Shown here piece by piece: positions 1 to 11,150 of a DNA stretch of 26,049 nucleotides (within the stretch, counting starts at the first letter, position 1; every line of letters starts with the position of its first letter). Location of the stretch: contig OZ199839.1 of assembly GCA_964304625.1 (NCBI GenBank), positions 9,938,952 through 9,965,000 on the forward strand, written 5' to 3'. The stretch comes from Kudoa neothunni. Taxonomy: Eukaryota > Animalia > Cnidaria. The position numbers and the translations under genes are program-made. The notes beneath the pieces are model-generated. The model was given only the letters and a program-made list of their open reading frames with translations. It did no database searches and was not told the origin of the DNA.

Positions 1-261
1 GAAAATTACAAGAAACAGATAGAAATTGAAGAGACTTGCATTAAAGATAAAGCAGGAGAATGGACCACCACTGGAGATTTCAAAGCAAAGAGATATTATT
101 ATGATCATAAAGATCACAAATGTAAGGCATTTTTTTTCAAGGGATATGAAGGAAACTCAAACAACTTCCGGACTGCAGCTAAATGTAAAGCGATTTGCGC
201 TGGTCATTATAATGAAGACACTGAAGTTACGAACGTTGATAAAATCGACGGAGGAGAATGA
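1..261 (+). CDS. Terminal exon (5'-truncated by the window edge) of a Kunitz-domain gene; 4-Cys Kunitz domain plus acidic tail
   Basis: Frame 1 reads ENYKKQIEIEETCIKDKAGEWTTTGDFKAKRYYYDHKDHKCKAFFFKGYEGNSNNFRTAAKCKAICAGHYNEDTEVTNVDKIDGGE* (TGA 259-261). It has Kunitz motifs RYYY, CxxFxxxG, GNxNNF and CxxxC, and aligns with domain 5 of the two complete genes. Not in the ORF track. Confidence 0.88.
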   Translation, partial: ENYKKQIEIEETCIKDKAGEWTTTGDFKAKRYYYDHKDHKCKAFFFKGYEGNSNNFRTAAKCKAICAGHYNEDTEVTNVDKIDGGE

Positions 262-267
262 AATAAA
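262..267 (+). terminator. Candidate polyadenylation signal AATAAA
   Basis: AATAAA immediately after the TGA, followed by T-rich sequence; weak evidence in AT-rich DNA. Confidence 0.4.
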
Positions 268-1603
268 GTCAACCAATTTTACAAAATTATGTCTATTAAT
301 GATTATTATGTTTTTTTATCCTTTGGTGAATGAATATTTTTCAAATCATATTAATTGATGATGTTTCTTTTATTATGATGTTATACGATTATATTTTTAT
401 TTGTTAGTCTACAACAAAATTTTGTTATCTTTTAGTTTTATATATAGACAGGCTATCCATTGCACTTCATTTAAATGTTATTTAGCTTAATCTAAAAATA
501 TCATAAACGAATGCAAAGTTCACGTATTTCCTGGTAACAGTTGAAGTAATTTTCAAAGTTTTAGTTGCGTTTGAAATCGTTAAATCTCAACCCAAAATAA
601 TTTAAATAGTAAATTAAAAAAATGGTTTATTTCCCTTCTTTAATGTATATTCAAGCTTAACAATATTTTTGTAATTTAATTAATTCCAATAATTTGAAAA
701 TTCATCGTTTTTTTTAATATTTGTAAAGTAAAAAATAGAAACTATTCATTACTTTCAACTTATTTTATAAATGATGACAACAGCGAACTTTCTATGAGTA
801 ATCTAATGACATTGAAAACAAATTAATTTGAAAAAAATTAGGTAACTAAATTTTATATAACCTTTTATACTTTTGAGAAATTTTTAGAAACAAATAAAAT
901 ATTCTCATTAAAAAATTGAGTATTATTCTATAAAATGGTAAGTAGAGAAATAATTAAAAACGTAAATTGTGTCATAAAAAAATAATACCAACTATTACAC
1001 CTTACTGATAATTTTATGAGGGATCCTAAATATCCGTTTGCATCAACAAACGGGAAGCTATATTTTCATTATTATAACATAACTATTAAACTTCTCATTA
1101 AATCTACAATTTCCTTTTAACAACAGAACCTTCCCGTTTAAAAATACAACAAAACAGAACTTAAAACGTAATGATTTAATCCAAGGTTTATATGTGCTTT
1201 ATTTTGAAAAAATACAGCAAGGATTTGTTATTAATTGGATTTTTTGTATGACAATTCTGTTAGAAGATAATTTTATTTCTACTGTTTTGAAATATTTTTG
1301 TTACTAAGCTTTTCTCAAATTCATGGAACCGAGTAATAATACCGATAGTACTGAATAAACCGTTTCTCTCCTGTTTGCTAACAGAATAGGACTTAACGAC
1401 AATAAAATGTATTTTTAAAAATAACTCATGAATGTAAAAGTTAAGATACATCAGAGAATGAGATATTTCATATTTCTATAAAATTTTGTTTCCACGTTTT
1501 TTCAACGTTAGACAAAGAATAACTTGATATGGAGTTAAATACCAATATTGAGGCTAGGGGATAGGGAATACAATCAAATAATTCGTTATTACGACTAGAT
1601 TAA

Positions 1604-2940
1604 CCTTCGAAGGACCAACTTTACCCTTTCGTTCACAAATTTATTTTGACGTGTAAATTTCTGATGTTAAATTAATTATAAAATTATATATAAATTAAAA
1701 TTTATGTTTAACCAAAAATTATTTAACAACAATTTAAAGTCTTTATAATCTGTCCACTAAGGTGGACAATGGATATTTATTTTCTTCGACATATTCGCGC
1801 ATTGGTTACGCGCAAAAAAGGGACACACAAAAATTAAAATTTTAAAATATTTTTACAGATTGTTATGAAATTTATAGAAAAAATTCCTTTCTTTCTTAAG
1901 ACAATAAAATGAATGTCATTTCATACATTTAAATTTGGTTTTTTTGACAAACCCTACATCTTGAATGTGTTGTCATTATTTCGGAAAAATGTCCAACCAT
2001 GCCCAGCCAAATTCCATCACTCAATGCATTAGATCTCGTGTTTTTTTCAATTTTGACGTAATTTTTTCCTCCATCAATTTGATTAAGCGAGGGTCTACCA
2101 CGTTTCGTTTGAATAGTCATTGCTTGATGGTAGATAAGACTTTCATTAACTTTTAAAGAAAAATCCAACGAATCCATTATTCCATTCTTATCGGTATGTC
2201 TCACGGAACAATTTCGTTTAGGAAGTAGCCAAGCATTAACCATGCATTTGTTTAGAGACCAAAAAAAGATTCTAAAATAATACTTTCTGCACTTGTGTTT
2301 CATACCATAAAGTGGCATGAGCACATCTGATAGGTCAACTCCGCCCATATTTTGGTTATACTCCTTAACAACAGTTGAACAAGGAATTTCTATCATTCTT
2401 TTCTTAGATCTACCGAGACTTTTGTATATTGATACTGGTAAAATCGAACATTGAGTAGATGAAAGGGTAGGAACTGACGCACCAAACCTTCGTGTTATCG
2501 ATATTCCATTACCAGAGTCATGTGCAGAATCATACGAGCCATCTCCTTCTTTTTTTAAATGTTTGTCACTACTCAATGGACAACCCTTAATGCTGTTAAT
2601 ACGTATCGTACCAATTGAACAGATATTTCTTCATTTTAAGAAGATTTAGAGCGGGATAGACGTAAAGCAGTTGTCGAAATATGTGAAATATGGTTCACTC
2701 AACGGTAAACTTTCGCACACCTTTTTGTAACGGCAGGTTTTCATCCTTAGTAAACCAAACCGTTAATGCCACATCTCGCAAACATTTTAAACCTCCATTT
2801 TGTTGGTTTATTGGAGACATATTACTTGGTATTACATTTGCCTCTAAACGGGATAATCCGCTCGTCAATTGAATGGTTTCTCTCGGGCACAATCTTTAGA
2901 AACGATGCCCAAACAGAATCTTGCAAGGGTCTAATCTTAA
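1604..2940 (-). mobile_element. piggyBac element relic: one terminus plus 5'-truncated, frameshifted DDD transposase
   Basis: TTAA at 1600-1603 followed by CCTTCG; subterminal palindrome TGTCCAC-taag-GTGGACA at 1751-1768. Minus-strand peptides FKIRPL..SIDERIIPFRG..NKPTKWRFK, FDNCFTS, GTIR..KGCPL, YNQNMGGVDLSD, VNAWLL and a degenerate C-terminal RCRVC Cys-rich domain; stops and frameshifts throughout. Confidence 0.9.
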
Positions 2941-3078
2941 AAAATTAGGATACGTGATTATTTTAGATATATTGGCGCGTTTTATCAAGGATTGGATGTT
3001 TAAAATAGTATGATTGTCACGTGTTATATCGTTATCATAAAATGATTTCTTTGGCACATCGCGAAAATAACCGGAGAA

Positions 3079-3244
3079 GGTGATGGGGGAGTATACGCCT
3101 CATCAAATTCGGTCTTTTCCGCATGCTCGGCATTCCCCATTTTATTCAAAACTTATTTTACACGATTTTTAAATATTGAGTGAACAAAAAAACCCAAAAA
3201 TCATTACCATCAAAAATATGACATCAGCCTTCGGGCTGAATCGG
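3079..3244 (+). repeat. Copy of a ~170-bp dispersed element beginning GGTRATGGGGGA (probable DNA-transposon terminus)
   Basis: Colinear with 24479-24649 (+) and more distantly with 6936-7104 (-); flanks upstream of the GG are unrelated. Confidence 0.7.
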
Positions 3245-3941
3245 TGACAATAAACATTGAATTTTCTTTTTCTCTCTCCTCTTATTGAATCGACTGTTAC
3301 ATATTATCAATATTTAAATTTTTGTCTATTTTAATAAAACAATTTTAAATTGATAAACTTAAAAACAGGCCTTTCGCATTTTTCACAAAAAAACATCATA
3401 TTTTCTATTACATAAATATGTTGTATTAACTACAAATGTGTATAAACAAGTTTTCTATAGTTACGTTTAGTTTATAATTTTTTTGGACGATTTTATATTT
3501 ACTTGTAGAATGGTTATACTTACATTTTTATTAGCATTTATTAATTGCAAAAATTATATATGTTAATATCAATAATTTTAAATGTTTATTATGTTAAACG
3601 ACTCATAAAAAAAATCTGTGCACAAATATTTTATTGAATAGTATTTATTAAACAATTCTTTTTGATAAATAAAAATTGGGGTCAGAATCCAAATTGAGTA
3701 TATACGCCACAACGATTATTATAACAATTACAATAATTTTATTTTTTAAAGTGTTGTTGTTTGATCTACATATTTATTTCATTGCCAAAAAATATCTTAT
3801 AGAAAATTTTAATATGATATATTTTTCTGGTAAATAAATCTTTTGGAAATAGTAAAAGAGTTATATAGTAAAGGATTCTTCATTGAGAAATTATGTTTAT
3901 TAGGCAACCAAATTTTTATTGTTATTCTTAATTCATTGAAT

Positions 3942-4496
3942 CAGAGGTTCTCAACCGGGGGTAAATTAAGTAACATCAAAATTGGATGTGGAATTTTTTG
4001 CTTAATATGCGGGTGATGTATTGCAGGGGCTCTAAGGAATTGTATTATATGGGGCTATTATAATCAATATGAATTAAGGGGAAATTCTTACATTTTTTAG
4101 TAATAAGTATTTAACAGTTATTTTTAAAACTATTATCAATCTCTATCTTTGGTGCATCCCCTAATAATTATACTCTACATGACTATTTTCTTGGTAATTA
4201 ATATTTATGGGTCAATAGTTGTGACTACTTTAAATATGTCTGGGCTATAAGAGCGAAGAAATTGGCAAGAAAAAATTTAATTTAGCAAATCTGAAAAATT
4301 AAATTTATGTACGGCTTGTAAAAGTTGATGAAATGAAGAATTATCATTTGGCGAGCGTGTCTTTTAGAACAAAAATTTACCCCTCAAACCTCAAATAACT
4401 TCTGCTATAGCTAGACCAATATAAAACCTTACAGTAAAAATGAATTCGGCTTCCAAGTTAAGGATGTAAATTTGAAAAAATGGTTGAGAATCCCTT
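3942..4496. mobile_element. Non-autonomous hAT-like MITE
   Basis: Imperfect TIRs CAGAGGTTCTCAACC (3942-3956) and GGTTGAGAATCCCTT (4482-4496), of the CAGNGGTTCTCAAC hAT/Charlie type; inverted subterminal GGGGTAAATT / AATTTACCCC. The 8-bp TSD matches only 4/8 (cattgaat vs cattattc). Confidence 0.6.
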
Positions 4497-4525
4497 CATT
4501 ATTCGATTATATTCGATTTGTTTTA

Positions 4526-5363
4526 TCCTTTATATATATAAATGAGGACTGTCTTTACGTATAAGATTCGTGCGTTTATTTTATTGTTTGCTCAAATAAA
4601 TTCCTTATATCGGGAGTTTTAATGTAATTGACTTGATAAACACATTTTGAAGGCTCTATTAGTGGATTTAGATACGAAAAAATGTCAATATATGCATTAT
4701 TATTGAGTTGGTTATGCGTGTTATAATCAGATAGATTGAAGCACTATAACGCAAGTACCGTGTCCGTAGATTTCATTGAAACCGTCCGTTGTGTTGAAAT
4801 TTCAGTGATTCAATTCAATGCAGATGGTTGTATGGTTACTTCATCCGATTATTTAAATTATTTGTTAGAAAAAGCGCATTAAAGTTTTTGCGGACCAAAG
4901 GATATTAATTTTAGCAATATCAATTAATTTTCATACGTTTTCTTCTATCTCTATTACTTTCTCCATTTTTTTATCTCTTAAAACGTTAGTGGTACACACA
5001 GTTATCGAGCGAGGCCAGAATTTGACTTTTAAAAATCCTCCGGGACAAAAAATAACGTTTTAGATAACACTATAACGGGATTTAAATAATTTGGGAATGA
5101 AAAAAATACGATGCTGACCTTAACTTATTTAGCGTTGGTGCCGAACCAAGAAATTTTAAATGAACGCCAGGATTGGAACACACCTTCAAAGAAATGAACA
5201 TAATTTAAATTTCATAATCCAAATCGTTAAAGTATGCTGCTTAAAAGTTTTAGTTATTTTGCATGTATGGGTTAATTTTAAGCTTTATTATATTTTTCGA
5301 ATATTGCTAAGAAACGTATCTATGCGAAATCATCCCCAAGCAACGCTGGGCAGTTCCCGCTAG
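4526..5363 (+). mobile_element. Non-autonomous Helitron with both ends
   Basis: 5' A|TC followed by a TA run; 3' CCCAAGCAACGCTGGG hairpin then CTAG|T at 5360-5364; interior (about 4560-5235) homologous to about 18074-18785. Confidence 0.75.
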
Positions 5364-5629
5364 TTAAAAATAAAATACAATTAATATTTAACTCATTAAG
5401 GATTGTATATATTTTATTTTATTATTTTTATAATCGTATTAGGATCGGATTTTAATCTATATATATTAAAAATACCACATATATTCTTTATACATTAAAA
5501 AAGTTGCAATACCGTTAATTTAATAATTTTTGTATATTCATAGATAGACATGTATTTATTTATTTATTCAGTAGTATATTTAATCATACTAAAAACGTTA
5601 TTTAAAAGTTCGAAGTTTTTCCCATAAAT

Positions 5630-6600
5630 TGATCTTTACCATTCCTCGGATAAATATGCTTCTAAGTTTTCAAAAGAAACTCCCCTTTTATTCATAGGAA
5701 TTTTGTTTTCAGCCTTCCCCAACAGGCCTCGATGGTTGAATGTGAACCCCATCGCGAACATATTCTATGGAATGATCGATTTTTATATGATTATAACCAA
5801 GTGATGATAAACTATTGTAGGCAGGCCACTTATCACTAAAAATTGTCGATCCAGAAATGACTTCTAATTGAAAATTTTGGATAAGGTTTTGGAGTTTCTT
5901 TTTTCGACATAGAAGTATCGAACCTCCTTTAGCCACCTTTTGTTATTGGCGTCGACTTGACAAAGTACCAAACCAAATATCCACGGCCGTCGATAAGGTT
6001 ACTGTATCTTTCTCTTCTTGTTGAATTTATATATTTAAATAAATTGAACAAGGTAATCATACATTACTTGAGGAATAATCCGACACTTCGTTCTCTGATG
6101 GCTCATATTGACTTCCGCTCATGTCATCGATTGCTATAAGACCAAAAGTATAACAAGCCATTATAAAGAAATATAGTGCATTAAATAATAGAAATAATCA
6201 CTTAGATCAACAAATTCTTTGTTCGGAGACGTCTTCCAAAAATCTCCTTTTAAATAACGGCCACGGTTATTTTTTCGTTTTCCGTGGAGAAGAGTTTCGT
6301 CTATTTCTACTATGAAACCTTCTCCGCAAAATTTGGATCGTTGATTAAAGTTCTGGGTACAAATATCTCGAAGCTTTGTAAACCACATAGCCATCGTTTT
6401 CTTGTCAGAATGAATCATTTCGGAGGCGGATAAAATAGAATTATCCATGGACCAGTAATAAATAACTTTACAAATTTTTTTGACCGTCAGATTATGAGAT
6501 GGACCATGACAACTTGAAATAGAAAAGAGTGTTCCATTCCTCGGATATACCTTGGTTTTGCATCTAACTCTCGTTAAGGTGGTTTTCAGAGACAACGTTA
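5630..6600 (-). pseudogene. Merlin (IS1595/ISXO2-like DDE) transposase relic 1
   Basis: Peptides GEGFIVEIDETLLHGKRKNNRGR, PWIFGLV, GSTIFSDKWPAYNSL, HIKIDHSIEYVRDGVH and TIEACWGRLK; interrupted by stops and frameshifts. Confidence 0.88.
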
Positions 6601-6935
6601 TTACTTTTTACCAAAATAGCAAAATATTTAAAATTATAACATTTAGAGCACCTATAAGGATAAGAACGAAGATACCCTTTATGTAGCAATGCACTAAATA
6701 ATTTCATTGATCATTAATTAATGAAAAAAAAGCGTCATCTCCTAGAAAACTTAAACGAATCCATTTCCTTAACACGCGCTAAGCTAACCCATTATTTTAT
6801 TAACGAAGTTTGTATGTCGATCAAATAAAGAAATTAAATTATTATGTTCAATAATAAATCATGAAAGTAATAGTTAATTTGAAAATAAGTGAAAATTCAA
6901 CGTTTACTGTCACACGATGAAGATTGCAAGTGCAT

Positions 6936-7104
6936 CCGATAGTATTGGGGTTAAGAATTGTTAGAATTTAGAAGTTGTTATTTTGAGCTGAATCTTTGTT
7001 CCCAGTATTATTTTGTTTTATTATAAACAAACGTAAAAAAATTAGAAAGAAGGACTATGCGCAAGATAGTGATTATTAGGTGAAACACACGCTCCCCCAT
7101 TACC
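6936..7104 (-). repeat. Diverged copy of the ~170-bp GGTAATGGGGGA element; likely 5' terminus of Merlin relic 1
   Basis: The reverse complement shares blocks GGTAATGGGGGA, CACCnAAT, TTGCGCAT, AATAnTG..GAACA, TCAAAA and terminal ATCGG at matching spacing with 24479-24649; it points into the Merlin transposase. Confidence 0.6.
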
Positions 7105-7237
7105 GCATTAATATTCAAATACTTTCAAATAAAATACGATACAACGAAAAGTAGCTAAAATGTAAAATTATAAATATCTAAGTTTTAATTTCTTCATATT
7201 TTTGCTTGTGGGCGAAGATGTCATTTTGCATCTAGCT

Positions 7238-8604
7238 CTAAGTAGTGGTTAAAGGTGTCTTGCAAATATTGGTGCAATCCTGTTCAATCTTAAAGTTATT
7301 CAAATTCATTTTCTTCCCATTAAAATCGAACGATTTGCAAGTTTTTGTACCCTGATCATAATAATATCTGGTTAATTTGTATTTATCGCCATTTGTCCAC
7401 ACACCAACATGTTCTTGTTTACACGTTTCAACCGCTATCAGATCACCAAGATGACCAGCTACATTTAATTAAATATATAATACTGAAAATATGATTAATA
7501 GAATGTACTTGCAGGGCAAAAACTAGCACATATTTCTGCAGAACTAAATATATTTTTTGAACCGTCGTTAACATTAACTGAGGCTCCGGGTGTTTTTTTT
7601 GATAAGAAGGGACGGCATACTCTATTTTCTTTATCAAAATAAAAGTATTCTTGAACATTATTCTCTTGATTTATTTCCGTATCAGATGGTTCTTGGAATG
7701 GTCCAGTTGCAGCGCAAGCATCAACCAAATTCGCTAATTATTATTATCATCGCACGTCTATCATCGAAATATAATACTTATGCATGTAGCTACGCATTTT
7801 GGCAGTTCATCAAAAAATCCTCGTGTTGATGAACTACCAACAGCAGCATAAACGCATCGTTTTTTGTCCTTGTGTAGTACAACTCCCATTTTGGGTCGAT
7901 CGGTATCTACTTCAGCAGCGAAGAGGCAGTCAAACTTGTTAGGAGTTGCAGTAAGAGTGTTTTCTTGAGCATCAGTTGCACCACCATTCTTTTTATCTTA
8001 ATAAAGTTAATTAATTCGATGATATAATTTTATAAACAAATTTATTCAAATTCAATTACTGTTACACGCATTTTTGCAGTCTTCTTCACTCATAAAATTA
8101 TTGGCGTTTCCTCCGCATCCAGAATATTTAAACGTTTCGCATGAGTAAGTGGCACTTGAACCAGTCACTGTCTTTTTAAAATACCAACGCTCTTGTCGAT
8201 TCGCCTCGGGTACTTTGCAAGCACCTGCACTCATTGGAGAATCGCATGCTTTTGACTGTTCTTCAGGTGTGAATTTTACTAATAATAAAGTTAAAAAGAT
8301 TACATCTTATGATTTACAATGATATTGACAAACGGCTTTTGACACAAAGTTGTTAAAATTTCCTAGGGAACCCAAATATTGGAATTTTTTGCACGTAGCG
8401 GTAGCCGTGTCCACGTACCATCTATCAACTACAGCTGCTCGCTGCTGTTCTGGAGTCATCCAAGTCGGAGCTGCTCCGGGATCTCTTATATAAGAATCCA
8501 ATACCCTTTCTATTTTTCATTTAAGTAAACATAAGACGAAATAATATAAATATACCTAGGGAAGCCGTTCCTAATAAAACAAAGAAAATGAAAGAAACCA
8601 ACAT
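7238..8604 (-). CDS. Secreted five-domain Kunitz-type protein, paralog A (374 aa); exons 8604-8556, 8509-8318, 8278-8060, 7996-7778, 7733-7509, 7458-7238
   Basis: Signal peptide MLVSFIFFVLLGTASL; five GT-AG phase-1 introns (46, 39, 63, 44, 50 nt) join into a stop-free 1125-nt CDS ending TAG; exon sizes match paralog B; domain 2 has all six Kunitz Cys and FKYSGCGGNANNF. Confidence 0.92.
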
Positions 8605-8627
8605 TCCGATAAGTATGGTAACATGCA

Positions 8628-8653
8628 ATTAAAATCGTATATTTACGATGTCT
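8628..8653 (-). promoter_or_regulatory. Conserved 26-nt upstream element containing the inverted repeat ATCGTA-aata-TACGAT (paralog A)
   Basis: Identical to 19323-19348, at the same distance from the ATG; function inferred. Confidence 0.45.
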
Positions 8654-9619
8654 GAATTAATATTATAATTTTCGTACCTATAGCTTATGCACGATGCGAT
8701 TTATTAAATAAGAATTTATGGTATCAATGGTGGCTATAAGCAAACAACCATAATTTTATACTATAAATCAATATTCAATCAGCGAATTTTGTTGGTGTTG
8801 ACGCTGCGTAAAATTATAACATTCTGCACAATTAACTAGTTTTATTTTTATATTGCAATGGTTTTTATTTTGAATATAATATTAATATTTTGGTATTTGA
8901 ATTGTATAAAAACCTAACGTTAAACAATGATAAAACCAACATAATTTTCTTGCAATAAATGCCATATTTTTATATATAGATACACTTACAATCAGACCTA
9001 TTATTCAATTAAATAAACAAAAAATCTATACATATTATAAAACAAGACATAATTTACTAATCTTAAAAAGTTATCTTAACCCCTTTTTAAAGTTATCACA
9101 TCGCAAAATTCATAAATAAAAATCAGCTCGAGTGTGGGTTGACGTTAATATATCGTATTATTTTCTTTTGACATAAAAAAAATTAAAACTAATTTCTAAA
9201 AATAAAATAAAATAATTTAACCAATTAATCATTGATGAAATTACTGATTTTGATATTAATGGTAATGAAAAAACCATTCATGAAGGATACGTTTCCTGCC
9301 GATATAATTCGAATGGATTTTATCGTAAATAATTTTGTTTATTGAAATTATAGTCGTCAAGAATCACCGAAAATTAAATAATTGTATTTAATATTGTTTA
9401 AAGTTATATTTTGCAGTTTACACTGGATATTTTTTACTACAATAACTTTGTTAATAAGAATCGGTTTAATAAAGGAACATGTAAATCAGAAATACTTAAA
9501 AAAATATCTGATTCTTGAAAAATCACTTGTTATGCACTCGGAAATATAGTGATCATAACTTTTCCATCGACGAACATGATATCGAAAATTTGGTTATGAA
9601 GCTTATACCTGACAGGGTT

Positions 9620-10305
9620 GAAAAAGCAAGGAAAAAATGTGAATTCGTGAAAATATCATAAAATCGGCCACATAATGAGGATTTGTTTCTGGATTTTTAT
9701 TTGTCGTGTTCCGATATTTATGCTTAAAAGCCCTCCAGGTAGCTTCAATTTTGTTAGTATGTATTCCCTCTGGGAATCAAACTTCCTTCAGTGAATAATT
9801 ATCCCATGCACAAAATTAAACCCTGCCAAGCTATTATATCCTTTCCAACTGTCCATCCAGATGACCGATCCTTCCTCGACGTGTCAAGGATAATTCCTTC
9901 AAGAATGACTTTATTTCTTCGCTGAGTTAAGCACAAAAGACAATTTCCATTCTCGTCGATACCACCAACCATCCAATATTGTTGATTACAAAGAATCCTT
10001 CTCACGTTGTATTTTCTTTTAGATAAGAGGGCCCCATCAATTTGAATGATAATTCCCCGTCCGCCAATTTTTTAAAATTCCTCTTCAAATTTAGAGGCCA
10101 CAAAATTATATATTACATTTTTCCATTCACATATGGTGGAACTAGATGATATTCCAACAAGTTTTCGAATAGATATCTTTTTCTGCATAAAGTGCATTTA
10201 TACTGATATCTATCATCAGTGTCTTTTCTTTAAGCAAACAAATTTTGACCGCCACACAAACATTTAGAATAACTTGGTATTAATCCAATAGTTTGTAATA
10301 TCATG
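9620..10305 (-). pseudogene. Merlin (ISXO2-like) transposase relic 2
   Basis: N-terminal Zn-ribbon-like CLCG..YKCTLCRK; KIGGRGIIIQIDG, RKYNVRR, YWMVGGIDE, SVIWMDSWKGYNSL and HTNKIEATWRAFK; frameshifted with an internal deletion. Confidence 0.85.
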
Positions 10306-10407
10306 ATTGTATAATTCAAATCATCATGGAAATAACCATAATCTACATTATTGATATCGTCAATATTCTCGAAAGTATATATTTTCGGTTATTATTTACA
10401 AAGGGGC

Positions 10408-11150
10408 GGCAATGGGGAACTTTGGTCGGGCGCTCAGAAAATGGAAAGCTGTAGGGGAAATTTTGATTTTGAAAAAACAAGATCTACTCTACTAGTTGGA
10501 TCAATATTTCAGCGTTCCAAACTGCCGCTGTGGAAATTATTTGTATTTTTCCTTGCAAAAATTTATTTTAGCAAGGTTACCTACGAAGAAACACAAAAGT
10601 ATGTTGGAATTCTCTCTTCAAAAACAATAAATTATTGGTCTGAATTGTTTAAAAGTATTGTTTCATTGAAGATTACGGATGAACGAAAATAAATCGGCAG
10701 TACAAATGTAGTTGTCCAGATCGATGAAATTGCGGTGACTACAAGAAAATATAATGTTGGTAGACTGTTAAAAACCCAGACATATTGTATTGTTGGTGGT
10801 ACAGATGAGGAAGATGAATGTTTTTTTAACTGACGAAGACAAGAAGCAGTGATGTGCTTGAAAAAATTATTCTTGATAATGTTGAAGAGAATTCTGTTAT
10901 CTGGGCAGATAAATGGAGGGGCTACAATTGTCTGGACGATTTAGGATCTTTTCACAATACAGTCTGTCACAAGTATTCGTTTGTTTCTGGTACAGGTGTA
11001 CATACAAATAAAATCGAAGCTACGTGGGGAAGATTTAAAGGAAAGTACCGGAACATTACTAATAAAAATGAAGAGCTATTATATGACTTCATTTAGGATT
11101 ATATATTCCTTAAAAAATATAGAGGAATCGAACTTAGTACCTTATTTAAC
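10408..11150 (+). pseudogene. Merlin (ISXO2-like) transposase relic 3, with a possible terminus GGCAATGGGGAA at 10408
   Basis: GSIFQRSKLPL, VVVQIDE..TRKYNVGR, SVIWADKWRGYNCL and HNTVCHKYSFVSGTGVHTNKIEATWGRFK; in-frame stop at 10690-10692 and a frameshift near 10830. Confidence 0.88.

Noticed and set aside
26-358. 110-aa ORF in the ORF track
   Set aside because: Shadow frame overlapping the real Kunitz exon in frame 1; no motif and a TTG start.
1048-1139. 10-bp inverted repeat AAACGGGAAG / CTTCCCGTTT
   Set aside because: Short, no TSD or extension; compatible with chance.
1321-1420. NRVIIP-like peptide reminiscent of the region before a retroelement integrase
   Set aside because: No HHCC or DDE motifs follow; insufficient support.
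8307-8501. Individual Kunitz ORFs in the track read as separate small genes
   Set aside because: They are exons bounded by conserved GT-AG phase-1 introns and most have non-ATG starts.
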